DNA of 64,000 bases, from the NCBI GenBank assembly GCA_039908095.1, contig JAMOBJ010000002.1, forward strand, positions 23,331 to 87,330, given 5' to 3'. Made by a program: the position numbers and the translations under genes. Positions 1 to 10,199 of this stretch are shown here, piece by piece. The notes beneath the pieces were generated by a model, which saw only the letters and a program-made list of their open reading frames with translations, was not told where the DNA came from and did not search any database. Position 1 is the stretch's first letter; each line of letters begins with the position of its first letter. This stretch comes from Nitrospirae bacterium YQR-1 (GTDB lineage Bacteria; Nitrospirota; Thermodesulfovibrionia; Thermodesulfovibrionales; Magnetobacteriaceae).

Positions 1-1
1 C

Positions 2-832
2 GACTATGAGGATTTTATCCAGATAGACGCCGCAATAAATCCCGGCAACTCAGGCGGTGCTTTGGTTAACAGCCGTGCCGAACTTGTGGGAGTTAATACG
101 GCAATATTTTCAACAAGCGGCGGTTATCAGGGAATTGGTTTTGCCATTCCCTCAAACATGGTCAAAACTGTTATGGAAAGCCTGATGAAAGTTGGTAAGG
201 TGACACGCGGCTGGCTGGGAGTAAATATTCAACCTCTGACGCCGGAGCTGGCCAGGTCTTTTGGTACGAAAGTGCAAAAGGGGGTTCTAATTGCAGATGT
301 TATGGACGGAGGCCCGGCTGATAAGGCGGGACTTAAGCGAGGGGATGTTATTATTTCCTTTGAGGGTAAAGAGGCTGAGTCAACAAGAGCTCTGAGAAAT
401 GCTGTGGCTGGTACCCAACCCGGTTCTGCTGTTTCAATGATAATAGTTCGTGACGGTAAGGAGATTAACGTAAAGGTGGTGGTAGGTGAGTTACCGGATG
501 AAAAACAGCCCGCACTTTCAACCCCGTCAGGGCAATCACAACAGAGCAGATTAAAAGGCGTTAGTGTTCAGGACCTAACCCAATCCATAAAGGACAGATT
601 CAATATGCCGGCAAAAGTTACCGGTGTTATTGTTACTAATGTTTCCGATGAAAGCCCTGCCGCCTCAATTCTCAAGCAAGGTGATGTAATTCAGGAGATA
701 AACAAGAAACGTATAAACAGTATAAAGGACTATGAACAGATATTGAGCGCCATTAAAAAGGATGATGACTTGCTTCTGCTGATAAACCGCAACGGCGCCT
801 TTATATATGTAACGATTTCAAATAAGAACTAA
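2..832 (+). CDS. HtrA/DegP/DegQ-family periplasmic serine endoprotease, C-terminal part (5' end lies outside window)
   Basis: Open in frame from the window edge. Encodes [23 protein letters not shown] (catalytic Ser in GNSGG) followed by two PDZ-like segments (GWLGV..GVLIADV.., GVSVQDL..GVIVTNV). Stop TAA 830-832. Confidence 0.9.
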   Translation, partial: DYEDFIQIDAAINPGNSGGALVNSRAELVGVNTAIFSTSGGYQGIGFAIPSNMVKTVMESLMKVGKVTRGWLGVNIQPLTPELARSFGTKVQKGVLIADVMDGGPADKAGLKRGDVIISFEGKEAESTRALRNAVAGTQPGSAVSMIIVRDGKEINVKVVVGELPDEKQPALSTPSGQSQQSRLKGVSVQDLTQSIKDRFNMPAKVTGVIVTNVSDESPAASILKQGDVIQEINKKRINSIKDYEQILSAIKKDDDLLLLINRNGAFIYVTISNKN

Positions 833-857
833 CAGATGGTAACAGGCTGAGGTAACC

Positions 858-895
858 GGCGGGGTGTTCAATAGCATGCACCCCGCCTTTATTTT
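858..895 (+). terminator. Rho-independent terminator after the htrA-like gene
   Basis: GGCGGGGTG (858-866) pairs with CACCCCGCC (879-887), followed by TTTATTTT. Confidence 0.7.
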
Positions 896-931
896 AACTC
901 TGTGCGGATCAATTTTTCAGATGTGTGACAT

Positions 932-955
932 ATACCAAGTTGCATTAATTAGCAT
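932..955 (+). repeat. MITE-family left-end fragment
   Basis: ATACCAAGTTGCATTAATTAGC matches the left terminus ATACCAAGTTGCATTCATTCGA of the full copies. Confidence 0.5.
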
Positions 956-1020
956 AAACGCATAAAATAAAAGCTCAGAACTTCGAAAACAATATTATCT
1001 GTATATTGGGGGATTGGTAT

Positions 1021-4000
1021 ATGGTGGTGGGACGCAGAAAATTACAAATATTTATGTTGACTGCTGTGGTTTTGTTTTTTTCAATATTTTCAGGTGTTGT
1101 CAATAGTGAAGACTTTGCTAAAGTAGATGTGTTTACACCGGAGGGCGCTGTTAAAAATATAAGACAGGTAGCGGTGCGATTTTCCGAGCAGATTGTTCCC
1201 TTTGGCGACCCTTTTCTTAAAGACCCCTTTGATACCAATTGCACGGATAACGCCACAGGCAGATGGATTGACGGTAAGAACTGGTCTTACGATTTTGCCG
1301 CTGATTTACCTGCCGGAGTTAAGTGTGACTTTAAATTAAAAGACGGACTTAAAACCCTTTCCGGTAAGACCGTCGACGGCAAAAATGAGTTTAGTTTCTC
1401 TACAGGCGGACCAGCCGTTGTGCGGCCTGACCCCTATGAAGGGTCTTTGATAGAAGAGGAACAAGCATTTCTGTTTTTACTTGATTCCACAGTGGATGAA
1501 AAATCGGTTTTGGAACACGTTTATTGTTCTGTCAGCGGGATAGGTGAGAAAATCGGTGTGATGCCGGTAGATGATAAAAAGAAAAAAGAAATTATAAAAA
1601 GCATGTGGGTAGAGGACAGAAAAACTCCGAAGCTGATTTTTCAGTGCAAACGGGCACTGCCTCCTGACAAAGAGGTCAAAATAGTGTGGGGTGCCGGGGT
1701 AAAATCTAAAAGCGGTGTGGCCACAACTACAGATCAGGTCATTACCTATAAAACCCGCCCACCGTTTACCATCACTTTTGAGTGCCAAAGAGAACGCCCC
1801 GAAAAACAATGTATTCCCCTGACAAACATGAAAATACTATCATCTGCCCCAATACCGTGGAGTGTGGCCAAAGAGATTACTCTAAAAGCAGACAATGGTA
1901 AAACATGGAAACTCAAAGACAAAGGTGAGCACAACAACGATACAGGTGTGACTTACGCATATTTTGAAGGACCGTTTCCAGAAAAGTCAGGCTTTACAAT
2001 TAATCTGCCTGCAAATATAAAAGACGACTCCGGCAGGGTACTTTCAAATCTTAATAAATTCCCGCTTAAAGTATCTACCGATGAGTACCCGCCACTAGCG
2101 AAATTTGCCTCACGTTTTGGCATTGTCGAGTTAAACGCAACACCTGCGCTTCCCATAACTGTCAGAAATGTGGAAAGTCTGCTTAAAATGTCCCACGCTA
2201 CTAAGGGTGCCTCAGCAGCAGGGGGAGTTAAAGGTAAGATTCACAATGTTGCCAGAGGTGACGATGAGGCCATAATCAAGTGGCTGAGGATTCTATCGGC
2301 GGCTGAAAGGGAAAAACCTATACTTACAGGCAAAGAGGAAACTGAAAACCTGTCAATTCCGCTTCCAGGAGCCGGTAAAGATTTTGAAGTTGTAGGGATT
2401 CCTCTTAAAACACCCGGATTTCATATAATAGAGCTTCAGAGTAATATCTTAGGCCTACACCTGTTAGAAAATAAAAAAACCATGTATGTGCAGGCCGGAG
2501 CGCTGGTAACTAATTTAGCGGCACATTTTAAATGGGGACGGGAATCATCCGTTGTCTGGGTTACAACGCTCGATACGGCTGAACCGGTTAAAGACGCCGA
2601 TGTCACCCTAAGAGACTGTAATGGTAAAATCCTGTGGCAGGGTAAAACAGACGGAAGCGGAGTTGCTAAAATTAATAAAGAGATTTCATCTAAAAATCTT
2701 CCCTACAATAACCTTAAATCAAATTACACTGAAAATCCCAATTCACTAAACAGCATTGGAGGCGGACTGTTTGTTTTTGCAAGGAAAGACAATGATGTAA
2801 CCTTTATCCATTCCAGTTGGGACAACGGCATAGAGCCGTGGAGATTCAATCTACATTCAGATGATTATTCTTCACCGGATAAGATGACTATTCACACGGT
2901 TTTTGACCGGACACTTTTCCGGGCAGGCGAGACAGTGCACTTCAAACACGTTGCCAGGGAGAGAACCGGTCAGGGGTTTGGATTTGTAAAACCTGAGGAA
3001 CTTCCCAATCAGATGACTATAACTCATCGTGGAAGCGAGCAACGTTACAACATCTCATTAAAGTGGAACCCAGGCGGCCATGCCGAGGGTATGTGGAAAA
3101 TCCCAAAAGATGCAAAATTGGGAAATTATGAATCCCTTCTGTCTAAAAGTACAGGGAAAGGAACAGAGTTCCCCACCGGCTCGTTTAAAGTTGAGGAGTT
3201 CCGGGTGCCGCTTATGAGAGGGCAGTTGACTGCTCCCCGGGCTCCGCTTATAAAACCAAAGGATGTAGCTTTTAACATCTCTGCTGCGTATCTTTCCGGT
3301 GGTGGAGCTTCAAAGCTGCCGGTAAAGGTAAGAGCCGAGATCAGCGCTTATCTGCTGCATTTCCCTGAGTTTGAGGATTTTATTTTCACAGGCGCTGAGA
3401 TGAAAGAGGGGATTGTGGCAACTGAGGGTGATGAGTGGAACTCTGATGATGATATGCACAGAGAGAGCATATCAAATGATAAACCATTTAAACTTGAGAC
3501 CTTGAGTTTTAATCTTGACGGTGGAGGGGGAGGCAGGGCGGTTTTTGATAAAATCCCTGAAATTACAGCTCCGGCAATGCTTACAGCGGAGTTACAGTAT
3601 AACGATCCTAACGGTGAGGTTCAGACCGTCTCCACGCATACCAACGTGTATCCTTCCCGGTACTTAGCAGGAATAAAGACTCAGAGTTGGGCGATGGTCA
3701 AAGACACGGTCAGATTTCAGGTTGTGGTAGTGGATCCACAGGGTAAGCCTGTAGCCAATGCCTCAGTCAAATCCAATCTTTTTCAGAGAAAAACCTACAG
3801 CCACAGGCGGCGTATAACCGGCGGGTTTTATGGCTATAGCCATGTGACTGAAATAAAGAAAGCCGGTACGGCCTGTGAGGGCAAAACCAACAACATGGGG
3901 CTTTTGCTCTGTGAGGCTGTTGCTCCAGTTGGTGGTAATCTTATAATAGAGGCTGTGACAACGGACGACTCCGGTAACAAGTCATTTTCAAACGCTGAGG

Positions 4001-6729
4001 TTTGGGTCTCAGACGGCACAGACTGGTGGCTCTCCGGCACAGGCAACAGCGACAGGATAGATGTTATCCCTGAGAGGAGAAAGTACGAGGCCGGTGAGAC
4101 TGCCCGCTTTCAGGTTAGAATGCCTTTCAGGGAAGCCACGGTACTGGTCTCAGTTGAGCGTGAGGGTGTTATCGAATATTTTGTAAAGAAAGTAAGCGGT
4201 AAGGAGCCTGTGTTTGAGCTTCCGGTAAAGAGCAACTATACACCGAATGTTTATGTTTCGGTCTTTGCCGTACGGGGACGCATAGGGGACGAAAAGCCAG
4301 GGTTTCTGTTTGATCCCGGAAAACCGGCCTATAAGTTCGGCCTCAGTAAAATCCGGGTTGGCTGGAAACCAAACACGTTAAACGTGGAGGTTAAAGCAGA
4401 CCGGCAGACTTATAAAATCCGCACCAAAGCAAATGTTAAAATCAAGGTGGCAACAGCAGATGGAAAAACCGTACCTGCCGGTTCCGAGGTAGCGGTGGCG
4501 GCTGTGGATGAGGGACTGCTGGAGCTTTACCCTAATACCAGTTGGAATTTATTAAAGGCTATGATGGGCGAGCGCCCCTATGAGGTGTTGACCTCAACCG
4601 CCCAGATGATGGTAATCGGTAAGCGTCATTTCGGAAAGAAAGCGCTTCCGCATGGCGGCGGTGGTGGAAAACAAATTACCAGAGAGCTTTTTGACACACT
4701 ACTGCTTTGGAAGGGTACTGTTAAGGTTGACTCTAATGGAGAGGCTGCGGTGGAAATTCCGTTAAACGATTCCCTTACCTCATTTAAAATAGTAGCGGTG
4801 GCAACGTCAGGGGCAAACCTGTTTGGAACGGGTGAGACCTCAATAAAATCCTCTCAGGATTTAATATTGTTTGCCGGTACACCTGCCATTGTGCGTGAAG
4901 GGGATAAATTCATGGCCGGCTTTACCATAAGAAACGGCTCAGAGCGCAACATGGATACGGAGGTTGCACTAAGCCTGACGATGGATGGAAAAGGGGAGAG
5001 GACTCCGCTTAGTAAAATAACAAAAAAGTTAACACCGGGTGAGGCAAAGGAGACTGCATGGGAAATCACGGTTCCCTATGGTGTTAAAAAAATTGATTAT
5101 GAGATTGAAGCCAAAGAAGTTGGCGGTGAGGCTGTGGATAAACTCAAAAAATCATCCAAAGTGCTTGAGGCCGTAAAGGTGAGAACATTTCAGGCCGTTC
5201 TTACTCAGCTTAAAGATAAGAAATACACGCTTGAGGTTGAAAAACCAAAGGATGCCGTCTCAGATAAAGGCGGGATAAATGTGAAAGTCACCGGGCAGCT
5301 GTCAAACGGGCTGGATGGGGTTGTAAGCTACATGAACACATATCCCTACACATGCCTTGAACAGAGGATATCTAAAGCTGTAGCACTAAGGGACAAAAAA
5401 GAATTAAACAAAATAATGGACACACTCCCGTCATATCTTGACGTTAACGGTTTCGCTAAGTTCTTTCCAACGATGCTTGAGGGCAGCGATGTGCTGACCT
5501 CATACATACTGTCTATACTTAACGAGGGAGGATATAAGGTCCCTGAGCCTGCTGTATTGCAGATGCTTAGCGCACTAATCAATTTTGTTGAGGGAAAGGT
5601 TACACGAACTTCGGCGCTGCCGGCGGCTGACTTATCAATAAGAAAGATTGCGGCAATTGAGGCTCTCTCCCGCTACTCAATGGCTAAACCCGAACATCTT
5701 AAGCCGATAACCATAGAGCCCAACCTGTGGCCGATTTCCGCCCTGCTTGACTGGATAAACATCCTGCGCAGGGAGCAAAGTATTGCCAATCATGATAAAC
5801 TCCTTAAAGAGGCAAAAACCATCCTGCGTTCAAGAATGAACATTCAGGGCACAGTCATGCTGCTTTCAAAGGATGTCAACCAAAACCTCTTTTGGCTGAT
5901 GTCCTCACCGGATACAAACACGGTTAAAACCCTGCTTACGGTGCTTCCATTTGATGACTGGAAGGAGGACATCCCTCGTCTAACTAACGGTACAATTCAG
6001 GCTCTGAAACGAGGATACTGGAGCACCACTGTTGCCAATGCATGGGGAGTTGTGGCAATGGACAGATTTTCAGAGAAATTTGACAACTTAAAGGTAACCG
6101 GAACAACGTCTGCATCCTTAGCTGATAAGAGCAAAAAAATTGACTTCAATAAATCCGCTAAAGGCGGCACAATGTCTTTTGAATGGCCTGCCGCGCAGGG
6201 AAGCAAAGTAGAAGTCCTTCACAGCGGCGATGGTGCACCGTGGGTAACTGTTTCATCACTTGCAGCTATAGCGCTTAAAGAGCCGGTTTCAACCGGATAC
6301 AAAATAAAGAAAACTGTAGAGGCGATTGAACAAAAAACCAGCAGCAAATGGTCAAAGGGTGATGTTGCAAGTGTAACACTTGAGATAGATGCCCAAAGTG
6401 ATATGACTTGGGTGGTTGTCTCTGACCCAATCCCCGCAGGCTCATCAATATTAGGCACCGGCCTCAAAAGAGATTCCTCCATACTTTCCACCTCCTCCGG
6501 TAAGGGAACTACTCCGATGGGATATGCCGTAGAGGTTTACAGGGAAAACTCATTTGAAGGCCTAAGAGCTTACTACCAGTATGTTCCAAAAGGGAAATTC
6601 AGCGTCTCATACAACGTCAGGTTTAATAACGAGGGAACATTCATACTGCCCGAGAGCCGTGTAGAAGCCCTCTATGCCCCCGAAATGTTCGGTGAAATTC
6701 CAAATAAGCAGTTAGAGATAGGTAAATAG
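1021..6729 (+). CDS. Bacterial alpha-2-macroglobulin family protein with thioester motif
   Basis: About 1900-aa ORF. GGGGGA lies just upstream of ATG 1021; TTG 1006 is an alternative start. Hydrophobic N-terminal signal without a lipobox Cys. CLEQ thioester motif encoded at 5353-5364 (YPYTCLEQRIS). Size is typical of YfhM-type A2M. Confidence 0.9.
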   Translation: MVVGRRKLQIFMLTAVVLFFSIFSGVVNSEDFAKVDVFTPEGAVKNIRQVAVRFSEQIVPFGDPFLKDPFDTNCTDNATGRWIDGKNWSYDFAADLPAGVKCDFKLKDGLKTLSGKTVDGKNEFSFSTGGPAVVRPDPYEGSLIEEEQAFLFLLDSTVDEKSVLEHVYCSVSGIGEKIGVMPVDDKKKKEIIKSMWVEDRKTPKLIFQCKRALPPDKEVKIVWGAGVKSKSGVATTTDQVITYKTRPPFTITFECQRERPEKQCIPLTNMKILSSAPIPWSVAKEITLKADNGKTWKLKDKGEHNNDTGVTYAYFEGPFPEKSGFTINLPANIKDDSGRVLSNLNKFPLKVSTDEYPPLAKFASRFGIVELNATPALPITVRNVESLLKMSHATKGASAAGGVKGKIHNVARGDDEAIIKWLRILSAAEREKPILTGKEETENLSIPLPGAGKDFEVVGIPLKTPGFHIIELQSNILGLHLLENKKTMYVQAGALVTNLAAHFKWGRESSVVWVTTLDTAEPVKDADVTLRDCNGKILWQGKTDGSGVAKINKEISSKNLPYNNLKSNYTENPNSLNSIGGGLFVFARKDNDVTFIHSSWDNGIEPWRFNLHSDDYSSPDKMTIHTVFDRTLFRAGETVHFKHVARERTGQGFGFVKPEELPNQMTITHRGSEQRYNISLKWNPGGHAEGMWKIPKDAKLGNYESLLSKSTGKGTEFPTGSFKVEEFRVPLMRGQLTAPRAPLIKPKDVAFNISAAYLSGGGASKLPVKVRAEISAYLLHFPEFEDFIFTGAEMKEGIVATEGDEWNSDDDMHRESISNDKPFKLETLSFNLDGGGGGRAVFDKIPEITAPAMLTAELQYNDPNGEVQTVSTHTNVYPSRYLAGIKTQSWAMVKDTVRFQVVVVDPQGKPVANASVKSNLFQRKTYSHRRRITGGFYGYSHVTEIKKAGTACEGKTNNMGLLLCEAVAPVGGNLIIEAVTTDDSGNKSFSNAEVWVSDGTDWWLSGTGNSDRIDVIPERRKYEAGETARFQVRMPFREATVLVSVEREGVIEYFVKKVSGKEPVFELPVKSNYTPNVYVSVFAVRGRIGDEKPGFLFDPGKPAYKFGLSKIRVGWKPNTLNVEVKADRQTYKIRTKANVKIKVATADGKTVPAGSEVAVAAVDEGLLELYPNTSWNLLKAMMGERPYEVLTSTAQMMVIGKRHFGKKALPHGGGGGKQITRELFDTLLLWKGTVKVDSNGEAAVEIPLNDSLTSFKIVAVATSGANLFGTGETSIKSSQDLILFAGTPAIVREGDKFMAGFTIRNGSERNMDTEVALSLTMDGKGERTPLSKITKKLTPGEAKETAWEITVPYGVKKIDYEIEAKEVGGEAVDKLKKSSKVLEAVKVRTFQAVLTQLKDKKYTLEVEKPKDAVSDKGGINVKVTGQLSNGLDGVVSYMNTYPYTCLEQRISKAVALRDKKELNKIMDTLPSYLDVNGFAKFFPTMLEGSDVLTSYILSILNEGGYKVPEPAVLQMLSALINFVEGKVTRTSALPAADLSIRKIAAIEALSRYSMAKPEHLKPITIEPNLWPISALLDWINILRREQSIANHDKLLKEAKTILRSRMNIQGTVMLLSKDVNQNLFWLMSSPDTNTVKTLLTVLPFDDWKEDIPRLTNGTIQALKRGYWSTTVANAWGVVAMDRFSEKFDNLKVTGTTSASLADKSKKIDFNKSAKGGTMSFEWPAAQGSKVEVLHSGDGAPWVTVSSLAAIALKEPVSTGYKIKKTVEAIEQKTSSKWSKGDVASVTLEIDAQSDMTWVVVSDPIPAGSSILGTGLKRDSSILSTSSGKGTTPMGYAVEVYRENSFEGLRAYYQYVPKGKFSVSYNVRFNNEGTFILPESRVEALYAPEMFGEIPNKQLEIGK

Positions 6730-6942
6730 GAGAAGGAGAGAAAAAGAAGGGAAGAGAGAGAATGGGAAGGCGCCGCCTTCCCCTTAAACCCCATCCGCAA
6801 GGGAGCGAGGCCCCCTTGACCCCTTTATTGAACTGTATCCTCTTTTTCGCTCACTATGATATAATAAAATATATGGTGGGTTATATGACTATGATGTCGT
6901 TTCGGTATAGGTTTGCCGGCATAAAAACAGGAGGTCTGTTTT

Positions 6943-7347
6943 ATGAAAATACTGATAGCTGATGATGACTATTCAAGCCGTACAATGCTGCAGAGCTTTC
7001 TGGAAAACTACGGGGATGTTGACGTTACTATAAACGGCTCCGAAGCTATTGCTGCTTTTCTAAGTGCCATTGAAGCCGGATATCCCTATGGCCTCATTTG
7101 TCTTGATATTATGATGCCGGAGATGGATGGAATCAGCGCTTTAGCACACATTCGCAGCAAAGAAAAGGCGATGGGGATTACACCGGACAAAGAGGTCAAA
7201 ATCATTATGACTACAACCCTTGATGCCCCTTCAGACTTAATTGACGCTTTCTACAAGGGGGTAAACAGGTGTAACGATTATACTACAAAACCTGTTGATT
7301 TACAAAAACTTACTGAAATACTTGAAAAATACGGTTTATCGAGATGA
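6943..7347 (+). CDS. Single-domain CheY-like response regulator
   Basis: MKILIADDD..LDIMMPEMDG..TTKP receiver motifs. AGGAGG 6929-6934 lies 8 nt before the ATG. Confidence 0.85.
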   Translation: MKILIADDDYSSRTMLQSFLENYGDVDVTINGSEAIAAFLSAIEAGYPYGLICLDIMMPEMDGISALAHIRSKEKAMGITPDKEVKIIMTTTLDAPSDLIDAFYKGVNRCNDYTTKPVDLQKLTEILEKYGLSR

Positions 7348-7384
7348 TAAGGGGCATCAGAGCCTGAGGATGCAAGAGGACACA

Positions 7385-9961
7385 TCAGCGGATTTCACCT
7401 TGTGGTTTTAAAAGCAGCGTTGTGATTTCTTTTATAACTTTCTCTGATTCAAATTGTATATTTTCTATAAAATTTAGTATTTTTGCCTCTTCATTCTGAA
7501 AACTACCCTTTAATTCCTTAAGCGCAAGCTCCATTCTAAAAGCCTCACTTCTGAGCCCTGTAGCTCCCACATTTGCAGACATTCCAATAATCAAATGTAT
7601 GTGACTCTTTAATCCTTCCAAATTGCGGGCTTCAAACAACGATTTAAGTAAAGCTATCCGCCCCGGTGCATCCTCTGTGAAGGCTTGCCACATGTCTCTG
7701 AGAACCCTCTCATCATTTTGAACTCTCTGTAGTACCTTTTTTACATTTAGTGACATGCCGGAGGTTCTCTGAGCCGGTTGATGTAAAACGGCGGGCTGTG
7801 ACCTGGAAAGATAATCAGTGCCGGAGTGCTGCCTAATAAATGGTGTTTCAGCAGCTACATGCCTTGAAGCTGTATGCTTGTCAATCATGTTATACAACTC
7901 ATCGGCATCCACCGGTTTTGAAATATAATCAGAAGCTCCCGCCTCAAGACAATGCTCTCTATCTCCTTTTAGCGCATGGGCTGTCATGATAATTACCGGG
8001 ACATCTTTATTTATCTCACACTCTTTTGCACCCCTTATGTGCCGTGTTGCCTCTAAGCCGTCCATAACGGGCATCTGTACGTCCATGATGATGAGATCGA
8101 AGTAGTTCTCAGAGAGCTTATCTATAGCCTCCCGTCCGGTTCCTGCCACATCAGGGAAAATCCCCCGCCTCTGCAGCAACTTCACTGTAAGTGTTTGATT
8201 TACCACATCATCATCAGCGATTAAAACTCTAAGTGCCCTTCTTGACTCAAGCACTCTGTGGCGGTTCAAAAGCAACGCTATGGGGTTATCCCAATTCTCA
8301 GTCAGTATAGAAAGTACTTCCATTAAATCAGACTTGTAAATCGGTTTGACTAAAAACCCTGAAATGCCAAGCTCACGGCACTGTGCCTCATCTACATTTA
8401 AACCTGATGAGATGAGCATAATCACTTTTACCTGTGATAGCCTCTCCATAGACTTCATATTTCTTGAAAAAGCAAATCCGTCCATGTCTGTCAGTTGGAA
8501 ATCTACAATAACTATATTATATTGTACAGTTGACCATGTAAGCATACCGGAGGCCTCATAGCCCCCTGAGGCCGTATCAACGTAAAACCCCTCACCTCTG
8601 AGTATATCGGCCAATCTCCTGCAGGTGGAGGCATTACTATCCACTAATAGTATGCGCTTGCCGGTTACATCAATCTTTTCTGTTGACGAGGCTGAAAGAA
8701 CAGGCCCTGATGATGCTGAAAACCCGGCAGTGAAATGAAAAGTGCTGCCCTTGCCTGGTTTGCTTTCCACCCAAACCTCACCACCAAGCATTGCCACTAT
8801 TTTTTTCACTATTGCAAGCCCAAGCCCCGTGCCCTCATATTTTTTGGTTGCAAACTCCTCAAGCATGGTAAAACTGTCAAAAATTATGCCCAGCTTTTCT
8901 CCTGGAATACCTATCCCTGTATCAGAGACTGAAAAATGTAACAAATACGGCTGGTTCACAAACGGCGGTTCTGTTTTTGTAATATGGTGTGCCATGTCAG
9001 CCTTTAACTCTATTTTACCCTTCTCCGTAAATTTTATTGCGTTGCCGATAAGATTAACCAACACCTGTTTCAACAGGCCTGAGTCTCCTCTTAATGCTGC
9101 CGGTACATTTGGCGAGATTTCAGTGCTAAACATAACCCCCTTGTTTGCAGCCGTAATAATTAAGGGCTCTGTTGTGGTTTTTATTGTACTAATCAAATTA
9201 AAGTCCGCTTCCTTTATCTCCATTTTACCGGCTTCTATTTTAGAAAAATCCAGGATACCGTTTAAGAGATCAAGGAGGTGAGCTGCCGAGTTTTTAACAA
9301 TAGTGAGATACTCTCTCTGCTGCGTATCAACAAGAGTATCCAGTGCAAGGTTAGTCATCCCTATTATACCGTTTAAGGGGGTGCGAAGCTCATGGCTCAT
9401 GTTAGCTAAAAATACACTTTTTGCTTTGTTTGCAGCCTCGGCTGACTCTTTAGCCTTGTGCAGCTCTGCTTCAGTTTGCTTACGTCTGCTTATGTCTCTT
9501 ATAATGCCTGTATAAAAACTATCGCCCTTTGCCTGCCACAGGGCAAGAGATATTTCTACCGGAAATTCCTTGCCGTCTTTCTTTAGCGCTTCCAGCTCAA
9601 AGGTCTTTCCTATCAGGTTTGATTTCCCTGTCTGCGATACTCTCTTTACTCCTTCTTTGTGCTTTTGCCTGAACTTCTCAGGAATTATTATTGTAATATC
9701 ATTACTCACTGCCTCTTGTGCAGAATAACCGAATATATACTCCGCCGCTCTGTTCCAATAGATTATCTCATGGTTGCCGTCTATTGTTATAATCGCATCA
9801 CCGGCGGTGTCCAATACCGATTGCAGCTTTTTCTGATAGATTTCAAGTGATTTGTCGGCATACTGCCGCAATGCTTTCTCTTGTTTTAATTCCTCGTGAG
9901 CTTTACTTAGTCTCTCTATGAGTTCATCGGTGTTCTTATCCGTGGATTTCATCATAGTCAT
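7385..9961 (-). CDS. Hybrid sensor histidine kinase (PAS-HisKA-HATPase-REC-REC-HPt)
   Basis: PAS (IYWNRAAEYIFGY), H-box SHELRTPLNGI, ATPase boxes (DTGIGIP, GTGLGLAI), two receivers (VDFQLTDMDG; MDVQMPVMDG..SKP), and a C-terminal HPt-like HLIIGMSANVGA. Confidence 0.9.
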   Translation of the reverse strand: MTMMKSTDKNTDELIERLSKAHEELKQEKALRQYADKSLEIYQKKLQSVLDTAGDAIITIDGNHEIIYWNRAAEYIFGYSAQEAVSNDITIIIPEKFRQKHKEGVKRVSQTGKSNLIGKTFELEALKKDGKEFPVEISLALWQAKGDSFYTGIIRDISRRKQTEAELHKAKESAEAANKAKSVFLANMSHELRTPLNGIIGMTNLALDTLVDTQQREYLTIVKNSAAHLLDLLNGILDFSKIEAGKMEIKEADFNLISTIKTTTEPLIITAANKGVMFSTEISPNVPAALRGDSGLLKQVLVNLIGNAIKFTEKGKIELKADMAHHITKTEPPFVNQPYLLHFSVSDTGIGIPGEKLGIIFDSFTMLEEFATKKYEGTGLGLAIVKKIVAMLGGEVWVESKPGKGSTFHFTAGFSASSGPVLSASSTEKIDVTGKRILLVDSNASTCRRLADILRGEGFYVDTASGGYEASGMLTWSTVQYNIVIVDFQLTDMDGFAFSRNMKSMERLSQVKVIMLISSGLNVDEAQCRELGISGFLVKPIYKSDLMEVLSILTENWDNPIALLLNRHRVLESRRALRVLIADDDVVNQTLTVKLLQRRGIFPDVAGTGREAIDKLSENYFDLIIMDVQMPVMDGLEATRHIRGAKECEINKDVPVIIMTAHALKGDREHCLEAGASDYISKPVDADELYNMIDKHTASRHVAAETPFIRQHSGTDYLSRSQPAVLHQPAQRTSGMSLNVKKVLQRVQNDERVLRDMWQAFTEDAPGRIALLKSLFEARNLEGLKSHIHLIIGMSANVGATGLRSEAFRMELALKELKGSFQNEEAKILNFIENIQFESEKVIKEITTLLLKPQGEIR

Positions 9962-10007
9962 CAGTGTTTATATTATATCTGAAATACTGTTGAATTTGCA
10001 CGAAACT

Positions 10008-10150
10008 TATACCAAGTTGCATTCATTCGATTAACTTTGTTGGCTTCGTCGAAAGCTCCTTGACGTCTCCCCTAAAGGGGAAATCCCCTGTTAAGGGGAG
10101 GTGTCGCTTTCTCCTTGCCGCCTCGTTACTCTTTTGACTGCTACTTGGTA
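10008..10150 (+). mobile_element. MITE-like element, full copy (143 bp)
   Basis: ATACCAAGTTGCATTCATTCGATTAAC...GTTACTCTTTTGACTGCTACTTGGTAT. Imperfect terminal inverted repeats, central double hairpin at 10061-10104, no ORF. Confidence 0.8.
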
Positions 10151-10199
10151 TTATTTCAGATAAATGCTGCCGAAATCCGATTATTTCAACATTTATATC

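Noticed and set aside
6764-6782. Hairpin GGGAAGG-cgccg-CCTTCCC after the A2M gene as a rho-independent terminator.
   Set aside because: The stem is good, but no T tract follows. It may still pause or terminate transcription, but I cannot support the call.
9044-9051. Additional exact GCCGATAA octamers at 9044-9051 and 10493-10500 as sigma28 promoters.
   Set aside because: Both are intragenic and lack a TAAA element at the required N15 distance. About two octamers are expected by chance.
8742-9281. Sizeable antisense ORFs nested in strongly supported genes. Examples: 8742-9281 in the hybrid HK, 15935-16537 across dnaB/rplI, 18409-18846, 22796-23209, 35833-36282, 39026-39466, 45650-46216, 52510-53037, 53763-54185.
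   Set aside because: Each lies opposite a gene with clear family motifs. They have no RBS and a low-complexity or Ser/Leu/Pro-rich composition typical of shadow frames. None shows recognisable domains.
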